DNA from: Thalia democratica
Lineage: Eukaryota
Assembly: GCA_965202585.1 (NCBI GenBank)
Contig: OZ241834.1
Span: 39,866,001-39,930,000, forward strand
Length of the DNA stretch: 64,000 bases
Direction of reading: 5' to 3'
The notes under the pieces are model-generated. The model made no database searches, was not told where the DNA came from, and saw only the letters and a list, made by a program, of their open reading frames with translations. The translations under genes and the position numbers were made by a program. Shown here piece after piece: positions 12,767 to 27,200 of the stretch. Each line of letters begins with the position of its first letter. The first letter of the stretch is position 1.

Positions 12767-12925
12767 TTCCATAGTGCAATGGATGGCGCGTTGGCCCTCT
12801 ACTTAATGGCATCCGGCTCGAATCCTCGTGGAGCTTTGTTTAATAGCTCGGTCGTAAGGTTTACGGCCCTGAATTGAGGTTCTGCTTTCTTTGAAGTCGT
12901 GTGGGTTCAAAACCACCTACTGCTA
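12767..12925 (+). mobile_element. tRNA-derived SINE-like element or tRNA pseudogene pair (first unit tRNA-Arg(TCT)-like)
   Basis: 12767-12833 follows a tRNA layout: ttccatagtgcaatggatggcgcgttgg, TCT anticodon position, ggctcgaatcc B-box at 12815-12825, gtggag. A second A-box-like tagctcggtcg lies at 12844-12854 and a B-box-like ggttcaaaacc at 12904-12914. Stems are degenerate, so this is not a functional tRNA. Confidence 0.6.
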
Positions 12926-15255
12926 TTTTCATATTACATGTTTTTATTTTAAAATAATAAATGATATCTAATTTTTATTTTGTTTTTTGGATGCTTCTTA
13001 AGGTTTTTAAAACTTCGTATCACTAAAAACAACTTAGTCGTTATTTTGAAAAGATTTTTTTTAATTTTTTAGTTTACTACTAATCTTTATTTATGATATA
13101 ACGTTGTTATCTAGTTTTTAAACTGTGAGCTACACATTTGTTTTAACTTGAAAATTACTGCTAAAAGGAATTAGTTTTTTTTTATCACAAAAGTGTTAAA
13201 AACCTTAGTAAATTTTTGACATTTCAACAAACTATTTAGCAGAAAAAACAAATTTAAAAACAATGCACCAGTGAAGATAGAGATATAATAATGGTGGTAA
13301 AGCCTTTTATAATCAAAATCTTAACTTTATAAACATTTGTTTGGGTTGCTAAGTAACAGTAGTACAATTTGTGCCTGAATAATCAGTATTTTACATTGAA
13401 TGTTGAACTATAATTTTAAAACTGAGTTGATTTTGTAATTGTTTTATTAATTAATTATTTAAAGGTTTATATATTTTTAGATTTGTAAGTACAGGAATTA
13501 AACAAACACTATTTAAAATAAGTTTCAAATACGTACTTAGACTAATTTAATGGGTTTTTTTAAGTTTTCTCATTTAAAGTATAATGTATCCACTAGTGGT
13601 CCTACTCTTCCCTTGGTTTTGTTGTTTAGATAAAGCAACAAGTTTTTAAACCACAAGATTGATATAATCCTATGCATTTTGTTATTATTAATATTAGCTT
13701 ATATTTTTCACTTTTTAACTTATAAAACTTAACATTTTATGAATATAAAACCTCTTATGTAAGTATTATAGCTTAAATTGGTAAAAATAAATGTTTTTTA
13801 GTTTGATGGCACACTAGGTCCATTAAACATAATTGTGGGTATTAATTTTATTACTTATGTTTATCAAAACAAATTGTTTGTGATCAATAAACTATGTTAG
13901 TAAAATATCATAAAGTGTAAAGCTGTATAAGGGGATCATAGACTTCTTATCACAGTGTAGTAAGAGTAAGTTTTACTTTACTTTGTATATGTGTTAGCCA
14001 TGGGCCTTGATCTTACAACATTCAACTCAGAGAGTTTTCAAAGCTGTTGTTAGGACCAATACACCATCATCCCACACTTATTGGGAGTGTTGTTATGTCA
14101 TAAATACTGAAAAGATTGACTTAAAGTTTAGTAAATGTTAAATACTGGTTTTTTTATACTAGGCATACAAATTTACATCAGTATAGGTGCAGTAACTTGC
14201 CATAAGGTTTTTTTTTAAGATACTTTTTGGTTAATTTAAAAATGAATATTAATGGTACTAGTAAAGTTATACATGATGTAACACACTTGCTTTTTCCTAA
14301 AAAACAATATTTTTGTAAAAAGTAGAGTTAGACTGGTGTTTTTGTCCATTAAAATATACTTCAATATATAACATATATAATATTAAAAATTAACTGAGAC
14401 TTAGCTTTTTTTTGTTTGTTTATTCTTATAAAAGGTTTAGTCAAAACTCTTAAACTATTTTTTATTAACTTATAAATTATTATTGTATTTATTAATAAAG
14501 TATTACCTTTTAATACTATAATATATACTGCACTGATATTGTTTTTAGAATTACTAGTATTGAAAAATTTCTACAGTTTTTTACTAATTTTCTAATTAGT
14601 TCTAATACTATTACTGCAACTATTGTTTTCTATTAAGTAAGATAATGTGCTTTAGTCATGTTAGCTAATAATTAAAAAAAGTATAATTAACATGAATAAG
14701 TAAAATTAGATCAAAGTTATTTTTAATCATTAAATGTTTGAATGGAAATGTAAAAAAAAGATGATAAACTGTTTTTATTTATTTTCAGTTTTAAAAAATT
14801 TTTCTTTAGATTTTGTAGTTATAGTAAACTTTTTGTCTATTATAATGATTAATTAGATATAACTTTTTAACTTTTAACCTGAATAGTAAGTTTATAAAAA
14901 AACAGGACTCAAAACAACTTTAAGTATAAAACTTATAAAAGTTTATAATGATTTTGTAAAAAGCTACATTTTGTAAGTAAGCTTGTCTAAAAGTTTTTTA
15001 TATAAAAATAAAGGATTTGTATTCATAATTGGTTGAACGCTTTTGTGCTTTTAATATATATAATTTTTTAATTTTAATATAATATATTAAAAAAAATAAT
15101 TGTTAGAATCTTTCATTTAAACAAGTAATATTTAACACATTTGTTTAAAATCAACTATTTATAAAACTTTGTTTATTATTACCACAATAAACTATTAAAC
15201 AAGTAATACTAAATATAACAAAATCATTAACAGTAATTTTAATAAGTTGCGTTGC

Positions 15256-18200
15256 ATGGCTGATGATTTGAGGAGTATATACAATTTGTGCAATCCAGAT
15301 TCCAATGATTGCATATTGACCTCTGTACTAGTTGAAAAGCTCCAGCAACAATTTGATCCAGATCACTTGTTGAAAATTCAGCAAACTATTGACCCAAGCA
15401 AGAAGGGACAAATAAATTACCAGGACTTCTGTGAGGCAATCACAAATCTTTCTTACCAAGAACAAAGGTTTGAAAAAATATAGTAAATAAAAAATGATTA
15501 CTTGTTTGTTTATGACACATTTAAATCATTTATAATAATCTTGTTTATTTTTGTGAATTTTTATGTTAATAAAGTTCTTATATTTAAATTTTTTACATTA
15601 TTGATAATATTTTTTAGTGACAACAAATCAATTTCCGATCAAGAGTATTCATACAACGAGTATGATGTCATAGAGGGTTCATCAGGAGAAGGATCCAAGG
15701 AAGACATGGAAAATTACCAGGCTTTAGGGGAGTCCCTGAACGCATTGTCCCCAATCAGGAACAGTTTAGGGGATTCACCTGATTATCAGCAACCCAATTC
15801 GAATGGCTTTCAAAGAAGAAACAACTCCATGAGAAAGTTTGTTGTTAGCATTGAAATTTTGTGTTGGATAATGACTATGGTATCTTAATAATTATTTAGA
15901 CTTTGGATTGTCACACACTGCAGCCTAGTCATAAACTCTGGCTAGTTAAAACGTAACTTAAAACAGTTTTCTAAGGCTGTATTTTTGCTTCAGAGAGTTG
16001 CAACCCTGTAGACTTTTTCAGGTAATAAATATAAGTTCACAATTTCCACACATTTAGACTAACTTTAAAAAAACTAAAGCCAACCCAGGCTAGTTTGAAT
16101 TTATTTTTTAGGTTATCTGATAAACTCTGGCTAGTTTTGATTTATTCCCTAAATCTAAAGCTAGTAGTTTTTATATCTTAAAAATTAACTTTTAATTATT
16201 AAAACCTTGTATCATTTTAAACTAGTAAAATTTTTCTTCTTTTTGTAATTTTTTTAAAGAGTTAATACTTTTCTAGTAGGTTGTTGATCTTACTATTTTT
16301 ATTTTTTGAACTCAGGCTAACTCAAGTTAGTTTTTGGTCATTTAGGTTTTTTTTTGCTTTAAAGATTAGCAAACCTGAGAGCTTTAATAAAGCTTGATGG
16401 ATTGATTATTGAATTTCTTTATAAGTGTTTTAATTGTTCTGTTTTTATATACAAATTTTGTTAAAATGTCTGTAAATAACTAGTTTGTTTATTTTTGATT
16501 ACTTAGGGGGTTTTATATAAAACACTTTTAAATAATCACTTTGTCTACCAGGTAGTGATTAGTTTAAAAAAAAAAGTTTTTTTACAAACATATATGTTAG
16601 TAAAGTTATGAAACTCTACACAACATTTATTGTTTTTTTTTTCAAAAGTTTATTTGGCAAGCTTAGTTTTGCTAAAGAGCCATTAGATCTTAAATAAAAA
16701 ATCTTATTAAGTTATAATTTTTTATTTCAAAGCAATCAGAAGCTCTTTGAGCAAAACTTTATTTGCCAAATAAATTTTTGAAAAAAAAGTTTTCTTTTCT
16801 AAAGTAGAGACCTTTACTTGTCTTTTCAACAACTAAACCTATAGTATATATTTTGTAAAAATAAAATTATTGACTAAAAAAAATCAAATCATATCTTTAT
16901 CAAATTAAAACAATCTTTTTGGTGTGCTCAATATTTATAGCATAACTACTTATAAACTTATTTAGTAGCTACTTTTCATCAAAATATTATCTACTCAACA
17001 AATATTTTACATAATTACAAGTTTTAAAGTTTAGTATTAAAAATAAACAACTTTAAATGTGGTCTAATTTCTTTATGTGTACAAGTATATTTATTTCATT
17101 ATTATAGTATCTGTTTGTTAAGTGTAAACAGTATGAAAAATTTTTATAAACAATATAGTGTATATTTTTCTTCCTAGATATGAATAATTAGTTATATGTT
17201 ATATTTTTTAGTCAAATGTTTAAACTTCTTTATATATAATATTATTAAAAATAATGGCACTTATCAGATTTTACTCTCTTATTATAATTGAATATTTATA
17301 ATGTAAATATTTTTCTGGATTAAAAAATTATTTACAATAGATATACACGGAGGTCTTACAATATAAGAAGGTGAGTTTAAAAACATTTAATTAAATATTT
17401 CACACTGTGTGCAGAATGTACTGTTTTTATTGGTGGTTTTACAAACTAATAAATACTTTTGGACTGAAGTTAATGTATGCTGCTTTTTTTGTAAAAATAC
17501 AATATCTCTACAAGGCTGGTATGTTAATTATTAATGGTGACTTCTACAAAAAATATTTAGTAAAAATAAATAAAGTTTGTAAAAACTGTAATTCTTGAAT
17601 AATTTATATATCGATGTTATTTAAGTAGTACATGTATTTCTAACTTCACTTAGTTTGTTTTATATTATTCACATTTTAATTTTACACTATTTGCAGTTAT
17701 TATTAATAAATAGGGTATTTATAACTTTTTAAAGGATGGTTTATTAATTAACTACTTTTATTTGGTGACTTTAAAACTTTCTCTACTTTAATTACCACTA
17801 TTAATTACTAGTAAAAACAGCAAATAACTTTTACAGGAACTGAATATTAAGTTATCTAATTAATTTTTGTAGCTTGTCTATAAAAATTCATTTGGCTATT
17901 TATTTTACATTCTGTTCACATTTAGAAGTATGCTGTTGTTAGAACCACAAAATGTGTTTGAATAAAATTATTTTACACAGTAATTTGATATTAATTACTG
18001 TTATACTTATGAACTTAAATAATTACATAGACCTTTAAGAATTTTCACTTACTTTTTCTTATGCACATTTCTTTATTACATTTTTGAGCATGTTTTTATG
18101 TTTGTTTATTTACTGCTGCATAAAAACTTTCTAAAAGATGTTTTTATCAACTTTTTGATTTATCATCTTTGATTGTTAATTTTTCTATCCGTTGTAATTA

Positions 18201-21200
18201 AATGTAAATTAAAATATTTTATGTTTTTTGTTATTAAACTTATTTAGTTAAGTTAAGAATTACTGTTAGAGTGAGATAGTTTTAAATTACAAAATTACAA
18301 AGCATAGTAAGTCTAAAAAAAATTTAGTTAAATTATTCAACTACCAAGTTTTAGTTTATTTATTGTTTGCAAATAAAACAATATGAATAAACTTTTATCT
18401 GAAATATAAGTAAACGTTTTGGTTTTCAAGTAAAAAAACCTTTAAAATAAAATATAATGTGCTCACTAAATAGCATTTTACAACTAATCACATATTATAA
18501 ATATCAATTATGTATACAGATCACATCGCAGAAACAGAAGTTGGAATCTTCCTCAACAATTAACAAGTGTCGATGATAATGCTTCAAATGTTTCTTCTGA
18601 AATTGATGATTTGAGTGAAAAAGTCGATATTCTTCAGGTTTGTTGCAATGAAAAATGAAAAAAATACATTATTTAATCTAAAGTTACAACTGCAATAAAT
18701 TAAAGTTATTTAATAAATTGTTGTAGGTAATATTATAATTGATTGTTTTTTTTTCTAATAAATTTATTAGTTTAGTTGATGAAACTTATTTGTAGCCAGA
18801 GTTATCAAGTAAAAAGTTTCTTATGGGGCAAATTGGTTTAAAAAGGTTGTACTAAAGAGTTAAAAATCAGTTGTTTAAAAATGTAGATGTTTGATAAGTG
18901 GAAATCATGTTTGATAAAAGTTTTTTTTTCAACAATTTATTTTTAACCCTCCAGTACAACCTACTCTAACCGATTCTTCCCACACAATATACTTTACTGG
19001 ATAAATCTGGCCACAAATAAGTTTTTTTTAAGCAAAGTAAAAATTTTTTCAATTTTCCCACTTTAGCATTGTGACCATAGTTGCCATATTCTTACATTTA
19101 TTGAATTATGATTATATCTTTTACTTTCAAATACTATAAACCATTAGAAAAATGTTACAACAACTTTATTCAAAACATCTTCTATGGTAATTTTATCATA
19201 TGACTCTTAGCTTGTAATTAGTATGACATCTATGCTTATTACAAACAGAATTAACAAAATAAAAATGTAAAAATCACGAATCGTGCTTGCCAGTTCAGTA
19301 AAAATAATATCTTGATTTATTCAAAACTACCAACCAAACTCATCTAAAACTTTTTAGTGAATTTTGTTGTTTGTGGTAATAATACCTAACTTCAAAAGTT
19401 TCATACGAAAGTATTAACAATAACTAGTTCATTGAGATACTTTTATAAACATAATATAATACATTTAATATTCAAAAAATTTTCTAGCTAATACTAATGG
19501 TTTTGTTTTACAATTATGTTATTGTTCCTCTGTATTTTTTGTAGTTAAGATGTTTATTTTTATTTTTTCTTGTTTTGCTTCTCTACAAACTATAAACTAT
19601 TGAAAATCTATTAATCTAAATCTAAAAATCGTTATACCTTATAATTATTTTTTTAAATGTTTTAATTGTATTAAGTATTTAAATTTTAACTTTGAAAAAG
19701 AAAAATAAAATTAACTTGATTGATAAAAAATAAGTTTTTTTTTGTCAGTTTTGCTCATATCAAGTATACAGAAGTATTTAAAACTTTTGTAATTGCTGTA
19801 AAAACTAAAATAAAAAATATTTAAGCAAATGTACTTTTTTAAAGTACTCAACATGTTTTTAAATAAAAAAATTTCAACTATGACTTTAAAAATAAATGTT
19901 ACTGAACCAACAACTTTTTAATAAATATTTTTGTAATCTTTCAGCTGTAAAAATTTACAATCAATTCTATCGATCATTAAAATTATCTACATCGTGGTTA
20001 AATGTTTTACATTTATCAGATAATATTTGTAGGTTTTATTATTTCTAATAGTAGTAAATATTTTTATTAGAATAGTCTGTTATTTGAAGCTTGTAATAAA
20101 ACAGTCATTCTTAACCTGGGGGTAAAATTTTAGCTTTACCAGGTAAATTTTATTTATTACAAGTTATGTAAATAAATGTATATTAGTTGTCTTTAATTTA
20201 TGAGTTTTTATTTGACTGAAACTAATTAAAATAGAATTTTACGATTTTGTATATTTAAGGCCATAGGGGAGGTGGAGGGTCCAACACTTTTTTTTACAAA
20301 AAAATACTTTGGCTTTTATATGAAAGCTTTAAGTACAAACTACAAGCCACTTGTTATAGAATTCAAAAATATCATTTAACAATTGAGATATTTTATTTTT
20401 TAGTAAAAAGTTTCCGATACAAACGTATTGATCTCAAATTTTTCAGGGTCAGTTTTCTTGGAAATTTTAAGATCACTAAAAATCTATCTCCTTTTTCATG
20501 TTTCTAGCAATTTTCTTTAAATTTTCGAAAAAAAATGTTACTTATGAATTTTAATAATTAGAAAAAAAAAATTATTGAAAAAATAAAATGTTTTTATATT
20601 TTTTTCAAAAAAAAAAATTAACTTCAACTTTTTTATATAATTCTAATTTTTTAAAACGATTAAAAGCGTCTTAAAGCTTAGAAAAGACTCTATAAAATAA
20701 GATCAACTTGTAAAAAAACATGGCTTACCCCCTCCCCCCTTGGTCTCAATAAAAAAATCTAGTTTCTTTCCTCAAAATCAAACGCTATTTTGTATATTTG
20801 GGAAAAACTTAGTAATAACCTTCCAAAAATGGGTAAATTTGGCAATAACTTTCAAAAAAGGGGTAAAACATAGATTAAGAAGCGCAGTTCTAAACTGATT
20901 GAAAGTTTATTTATAGTTAAACATTTGAAAATATGCACGACAAAACATACCAGTGTTACATAAATAAAGAGTTGAGTTAAGAACTGGGAAAGTATTTAGT
21001 ATTAAAAATCAAAGTGCTAGAGTTATACGAGAAGGAAAGGGTTATTGATTATTGTAAAGATGTAATTTATTTTTATGGGTTATAGTTAGTATTTATCCAT
21101 GCAACAATGTTTTGATTAAAATAAACCTGCAATATGAAGCTTGTTCTAAAGGTTTCCCTAAGGAGACGAAAAAGTAAATGGGTAATTATGTATTAAAGAG

Positions 21201-24200
21201 AAAAAAAATTATAACAGGATGCGTGACAGTTAATCACGTGATAATTAAATCATTTTATAATTTAACTAAAGTTTATAACTCAACAGAGCACAGTACTGAA
21301 GCTGACGGAGGACAAAACGCTGCAACAGAACCACCAATCGACACAGGAGGAGAGGAGAGGGTACGTGCGGAGGATCAACGAGTTGGAGGGGGAGGTGGAG
21401 GAGGTGAAACAGAAGATGGAGGAGGAGGTAAGTAGGGGGAAGAACAAGTTGGAGGCAACTGTTGAGAAAATGGAGAAGGAAAAGTTGTTGGAGTTGCAGG
21501 TTTGTATGACATATTTGTTGAAATTGTAAGCTTTCTTCTAATTGATTTTATATTTATAATAGTTTTATTAAAGATTTTAAAATTTTATTATCATTTAAAA
21601 ATTTTTTTAAAGTTGATAATAAATAAATAATACTTAAGTTCAATAAAAATATATAAGTAGAAACCAGTATTAGAGAACGTTTTAGAAATTTAAGTCGCAA
21701 CATGTATTACAGTACACTACCGCTTAAGTACGCAAATTGAACCCGACCAAAAAGTGCGTACTTAGCACGGGTAGTGCGTACTTTTTGACGATGTAGTATA
21801 ATATGAAATTTAGTTGTTTGTTTTCTTTCTTACAACTAGCCACAAAATAATTATGCCAAATAAACAAGTCATTTATTTTAATTAAAATTTAAAACATAAT
21901 TCTAATTTGCAAATTTTTTTAATAGATTTATAAATAATTTAGGCAAAAAAACTGGAATTTCTTGAAGTTCTAGTATAACATCCTTTACTTTGTCTTTCTG
22001 GATAAGTGCGTACTTAAGGCGTGATGCGTACCAAAAAAAGTGCGTACTTAAGCGGTAGTATACTGTAGTTGTAAAACAAGACACAATAATCATTTGTTTA
22101 CATTAAGTAGTTCTTATCAAATGATTCAAAAATACCTTATAAATTCTCATTACAAGTTGTTATAAAAACTCCTTCATTAAATTTTTAATCTTTAGCTTTT
22201 ACATATTTATAGAAGTTTTATATAAACCTTAATTGCATTCCAAACTTATTCTAGTTACAAATTTTAATAACAACTCCTTTAAACTTAATTTAAGCTTTTT
22301 ATGTTTCTGCTTTAACGTATTTAAATATGTTTTGTCTATAATGAATATTTAGTATAAAGTTTGTATCTGGCTTAGAATATTATTTACAACTTACATTAAA
22401 TTTTTTTGTTAGTATAAAACAAGTTCAATCAAATACGAAAAATTAAGTGAAATTTTTAATGATTTGTCTTAAAAAAGAAGAAAATGTTTGTAGTCTTTTA
22501 CTATTTGTAGTTCTAAAAGTGATTGTTATAAATAATAGTTTTTTAATGAGATTATAATTGATTTTATTTGTCTTGTTTTTCAACTTCAAAAGAAAGTCTA
22601 GAATTTTAACTTTAAACATTTTATTTATAATTTAAAGTTAGTAAAACTACATTCTTAGTTTGCTTGTTATGTAGTAAAAGTAAAAATTAAAACAAAATTT
22701 CTAAAACATATAGCTTAAAAATGCTTTATGAATATATAATGAAAAAAATTGTACGTTCTATTTCTGTGTAAAACTGATAAATAATAAATGAAAATATTTT
22801 AAAATACGCATTTAAACTGCTGTAAATTTTGCTTTTAAACAATTAAACAAATTCGGAGCACTTATGATAAAAGCTGCTGACAAAAAGCTTTTCAAATTAG
22901 AACAATTAGTCTTATATGTAGGGTAATTGAATTTTGACGTATGAGAATATATTACGTATGTTTGCTGAAAGATCCAAAAACTTTATGTGATTTAAATTTA
23001 TCAGTTTTAATTTAAATAAAGGTTATGTTTTAAACAATTTTTAACATACTTATAAAAATTAAAACTGAAAATAGTTTAGTTTATTTTAATTTAACACAAA
23101 ATAAGAAGTAAACCGTATAAAAGGCAACTGATATTTAGTAAATATTGCTGTTTTATTTAATACAAAGTTTTGTTCACTACTTTTAATTAAAAAAGATATT
23201 AAAATGTTATATGCTATTTTTTAAATCTACTTAAAATTGTTTTCACACATCATATAATTACTACTTTTAACACATATAATAATTTCATACTTACTTAAGA
23301 ACAACTTTTAATTATTTTTTTTGTCTAATTTTATTTGTGTACGTTTATATACATTAAATTTATATGTATTTTTTTCTAGAATGATATGTTTATAGCATTA
23401 AGTTAAAACCAAAATTAAAACCTATAACAACAAAAACAACTCTTAAAAATTTCACAGATTATAAATTTTATTTACATTTTTTTTATTGTTCGATTATCTT
23501 TGTTTTTTCTTCAAATACTTGTGTGTTAACGATTATATAAAGGCTTGTTCTCTTTAGGAGTTCTGTATATTTTTCTTAAAATTGATATACTAACAAAAGT
23601 TGAAACAATTAAACAGGTCCTACAAGGCCAAATAGACATGTTGAAGGCTGAAAAGGACAGAAATTCAAATGAAAACAAAGAACTAGTTGAAACTAGAAAA
23701 GAATTAAAAGAAGAAGTTAAAAGTTTAAGGAGAACAAATGAAGATTTCACCCAGCAATTAGTTGAAACTAATGAACAATACAGAAAGTTTGTTGAACTGT
23801 TTATTGAAATTAATTAAAATTTGGCACAGTTTTTCAAAATAGTTGTTTGTTTTTAATTGTTGTTTAAATGTTTGATATACAAATTAAAAAAATAACGGTG
23901 ACAACTTTTTAAAGTTAGAAGATTGAAAACAAAAACTCTACAAATAATTACAATGTATAATCAGCTGAGTAACTAAGTTTAGGTTTTCGTATCTTTATAA
24001 AAACTAGCATTTACCTATCAAAAAACAGTTATTTTTCTTATAAAAACCTCTGTTACTGTTATATAAATTTCGCTTCTAACAATTTTTATTATGTAGATTA
24101 TAAAAATTGAATGTCAGAGAATGAAACGTGTTTAATATTTCCTGTTTATATTTTTTATTATAAAATTCCAAACTTTATAAACATTATACAAAACAAAGTT

Positions 24201-27200
24201 AATTACTTTTTATAATAAATTTAAATTTAAGTAGTAAAGAAAAAACTGCTTACCAATACATATACAAAAATAGAAACCAAGTAATACAGCATTTGAAAAA
24301 TATTATCTAATTAAAAAAAAAAAACACAGTATAACACTTTTTTTAATTTATAGTTACAACCTTTTTGTTATGTTTAAATTTTAATTTCATTTTAAATTCT
24401 ATTTGCAGTTAATTAAGGGTAAAGGGGAGTCAAAAAAAATTTTTTTACAAAAAATATCATTGGCTCTTATATGAAAAGCTTTAGTAAAAACTACAAGCAA
24501 ATTTTTATACAATTAAAAAAAAATATTTATGTTTTGAGATATTGTTATTTTTGTAAAAGGTTTCGATACAAACGTATGATCTGCAAAGTTTACAGGGCCA
24601 ATTTTTTCGGAAATATTTAAAAGTTAATTTTAAAATTTATCACCTCCTTCATTTTTTGAGCTAGAGACCTCAAACTTTTAGGAAATGTTTCTTTTATGAA
24701 TTAAAAGACTTTGAATGTTGCTATTTTAAAAGTATTAAAAATTAAGAATTTTAGATAAAAAAACAAAAAAAATAGGTGGTTTTCTTTAATAGAATTTTTA
24801 TTTTTTTAAATTACAAAAATTTCTGCATTACATTTATTTTAAATTTAGTAGTGTACTTTCTGTGAAAATTTGAAGAGTACTGGTTAAAAAAAATTAAGGA
24901 GAAGATGAATTTTTAATGAAATACTTTTTATCCCCATTTTTAGCTTGCGCCTTCTATTAGGAACCTATTGAGCCCACCAATTTTGATCGCTTATATCTCA
25001 AAAGTTACTTTGATTTTTTTTAAGAGGTTAAAAATGTCTGATAGCTCAGATAAAACTTTACAAAATAAGATCAATTTGTAAAAATCAAGGTGGACTCCCC
25101 TATGGCCTATTTTGCCCTTTTTAATAACTCAACAGTCAATTAAATTTTTTTATAAACAAACATTAATACTATTAATTTTCTTAAGTTAAATAGAAGTTTA
25201 TAAGTTACAGCATTATGACATCAAGAAGGTCATCTATAATTCTTACTGTTACGTCATAATGCCATATGTTGCTAAAAATTTAACTGCAGCAAAACTAAAC
25301 TTTCATTACAAACCATAATAAAAGTGAATTGAATATCACGGAATTTGTTTAAAAATTACTCGTATTAGTAATTGAGTAGAAATAATATCAATCACAGCAA
25401 AAGTTGTAATAAATACCTTTCATACCTATAATTGTAAGTTCAAATTAATTTTTGTAAATATTTTTCAATTATAAATTTTAAATTTTATTAACAATACAAT
25501 GTTTCTATACAATACAAGCTTGAAACTAGTCAAACGAGATCTTTAGTTGAATAAAATCTGTAAAAATTTATTTAATAACATGTAGGAAGATAAATATTTT
25601 TCTTCAAATTTAAGTTTCAGTCACAACAATATTTTTAACTATGTGACTTGGATTTTTACAACTTTTATACTGCAGTATTTTGTAAAATATAAGTGTAAAT
25701 ATATTATCAAGCTTCGTGTGAATAAAACATTTAATGTAAGCAAAATTTATTACTTCAAGACAAAAAGTTAGACCCTAAAACACTTTGTTATGTTTTTTTA
25801 AATTCAACATTAAACCGTTGAATTTTAAAATGTTAGTACTTAAATATAATAATTTTCAATTTAAAACTAAATATCTTCGGATAAGTTCAGATAGTTATTA
25901 TTTGAACTTTTAAAATCACTTTAAGTATTTAAGCTTATACATACAAAGTTTTAAATAAGAAAGTTCATAGATGAAGAATATTATATATAAATTAAAAACA
26001 CCATAAAAAAAAGTTATCACCTAGTTCAATTGTGTAGTTTTAAATTTTTCAAACAAGTCCGTAGTCATGTTTTGCAACTTTTATTTAATAATGTTTGAAT
26101 ATTTTCAGATTGAGTCTACAGTTCGCTTTACAGCAGGACAAGCACCAATCAGAAGTTGACAAGTACAAGGAGGAAATACGTCACTTGTGCGCTGAAGCGG
26201 AACGTAACCATGTTGTCACGTCACAACAAGACGACAGTGACGTAGTAATGCAGCTCAGGAGCGAAGTGGAGTCGCTCAAGCGTGAAAACGAGCGGCTTCG
26301 ACGGGATAATGACGTCATAGGAAGCCAGCTAGCGGATAAAATGGCTGATTTTCAATCCGCCCTAGATCAGGTGGGAATGTGTTTAATACTCACAGCTAGC
26401 ATTGTATTGATAATCTATCATGACTAGATCACGTGACATTCGAAAATGTGTCACAAACGACCAAATTTGCTTTGTTGCTGGGAAGCTTCTACTATTACTA
26501 GTAGTATCTTGAGCTTGTCTAGTATGTTGAGTAACATTTATACTGATGGTATTTTAAGGGAACTGAAATTATTAAATGAATCTCTTCATGGCAAAATTAG
26601 TTTTAGCTATTTCAATTAATGCTTCAAAACAATAGAATCTCAGAAAATTTTTCAGTGTAATTCAATAGTCAAAGTTTGCATTTATTTTTCTGAACTAACT
26701 AACGATAACGTTAAAAACTTAGTTTTATACAATTTTATCTAACTAAAGTCTTGATTTGACATAAAATTCAGAAGAATCAATTACAAAGTTAGGGATCCAG
26801 AAAAAAAAAATTATGGACATATTGTTATCTTGATCAAAGTTTCTTCGCTTTAGCAATGCTAGGTTGTTTACAACAGTTTTTTTTACAAGGCCTTTAAAAA
26901 TTTGACAAATAAAAAATTAATGTAATCAAACACATAAAAGTAGCAAAACATTAGTTTTCACAAAAGCAATTTAAGTTGTACTCAATTTTTAAAAACTAGC
27001 TTCGTTTGTTAAAGAACAGTATTTTACAATAATTTTAAAGCACCTTTCTTATCTAAAGTTTAAATTAGAACAAAAAAGTTCTATTCTAAAAACTCCAAGA
27101 AAATCAGAAAAAACTTGAATAAATTTCCAAAAAACTAGTGGCCATCCTGATTTAGCTAACAAGGATTACAATAGTTTATAGTATTAATTTGAAAACATCA

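Noticed and set aside
12767-12833. Functional tRNA-Arg gene
   Set aside because: The acceptor, anticodon and T stems contain multiple mismatches; treated as SINE or pseudogene.
21178-21435. ORF ending in poly-Gly (GGGGGGETEDGGGGK)
   Set aside because: Wrong frame of the Rab11-FIP exon 21287-21499, whose correct frame is coiled-coil.
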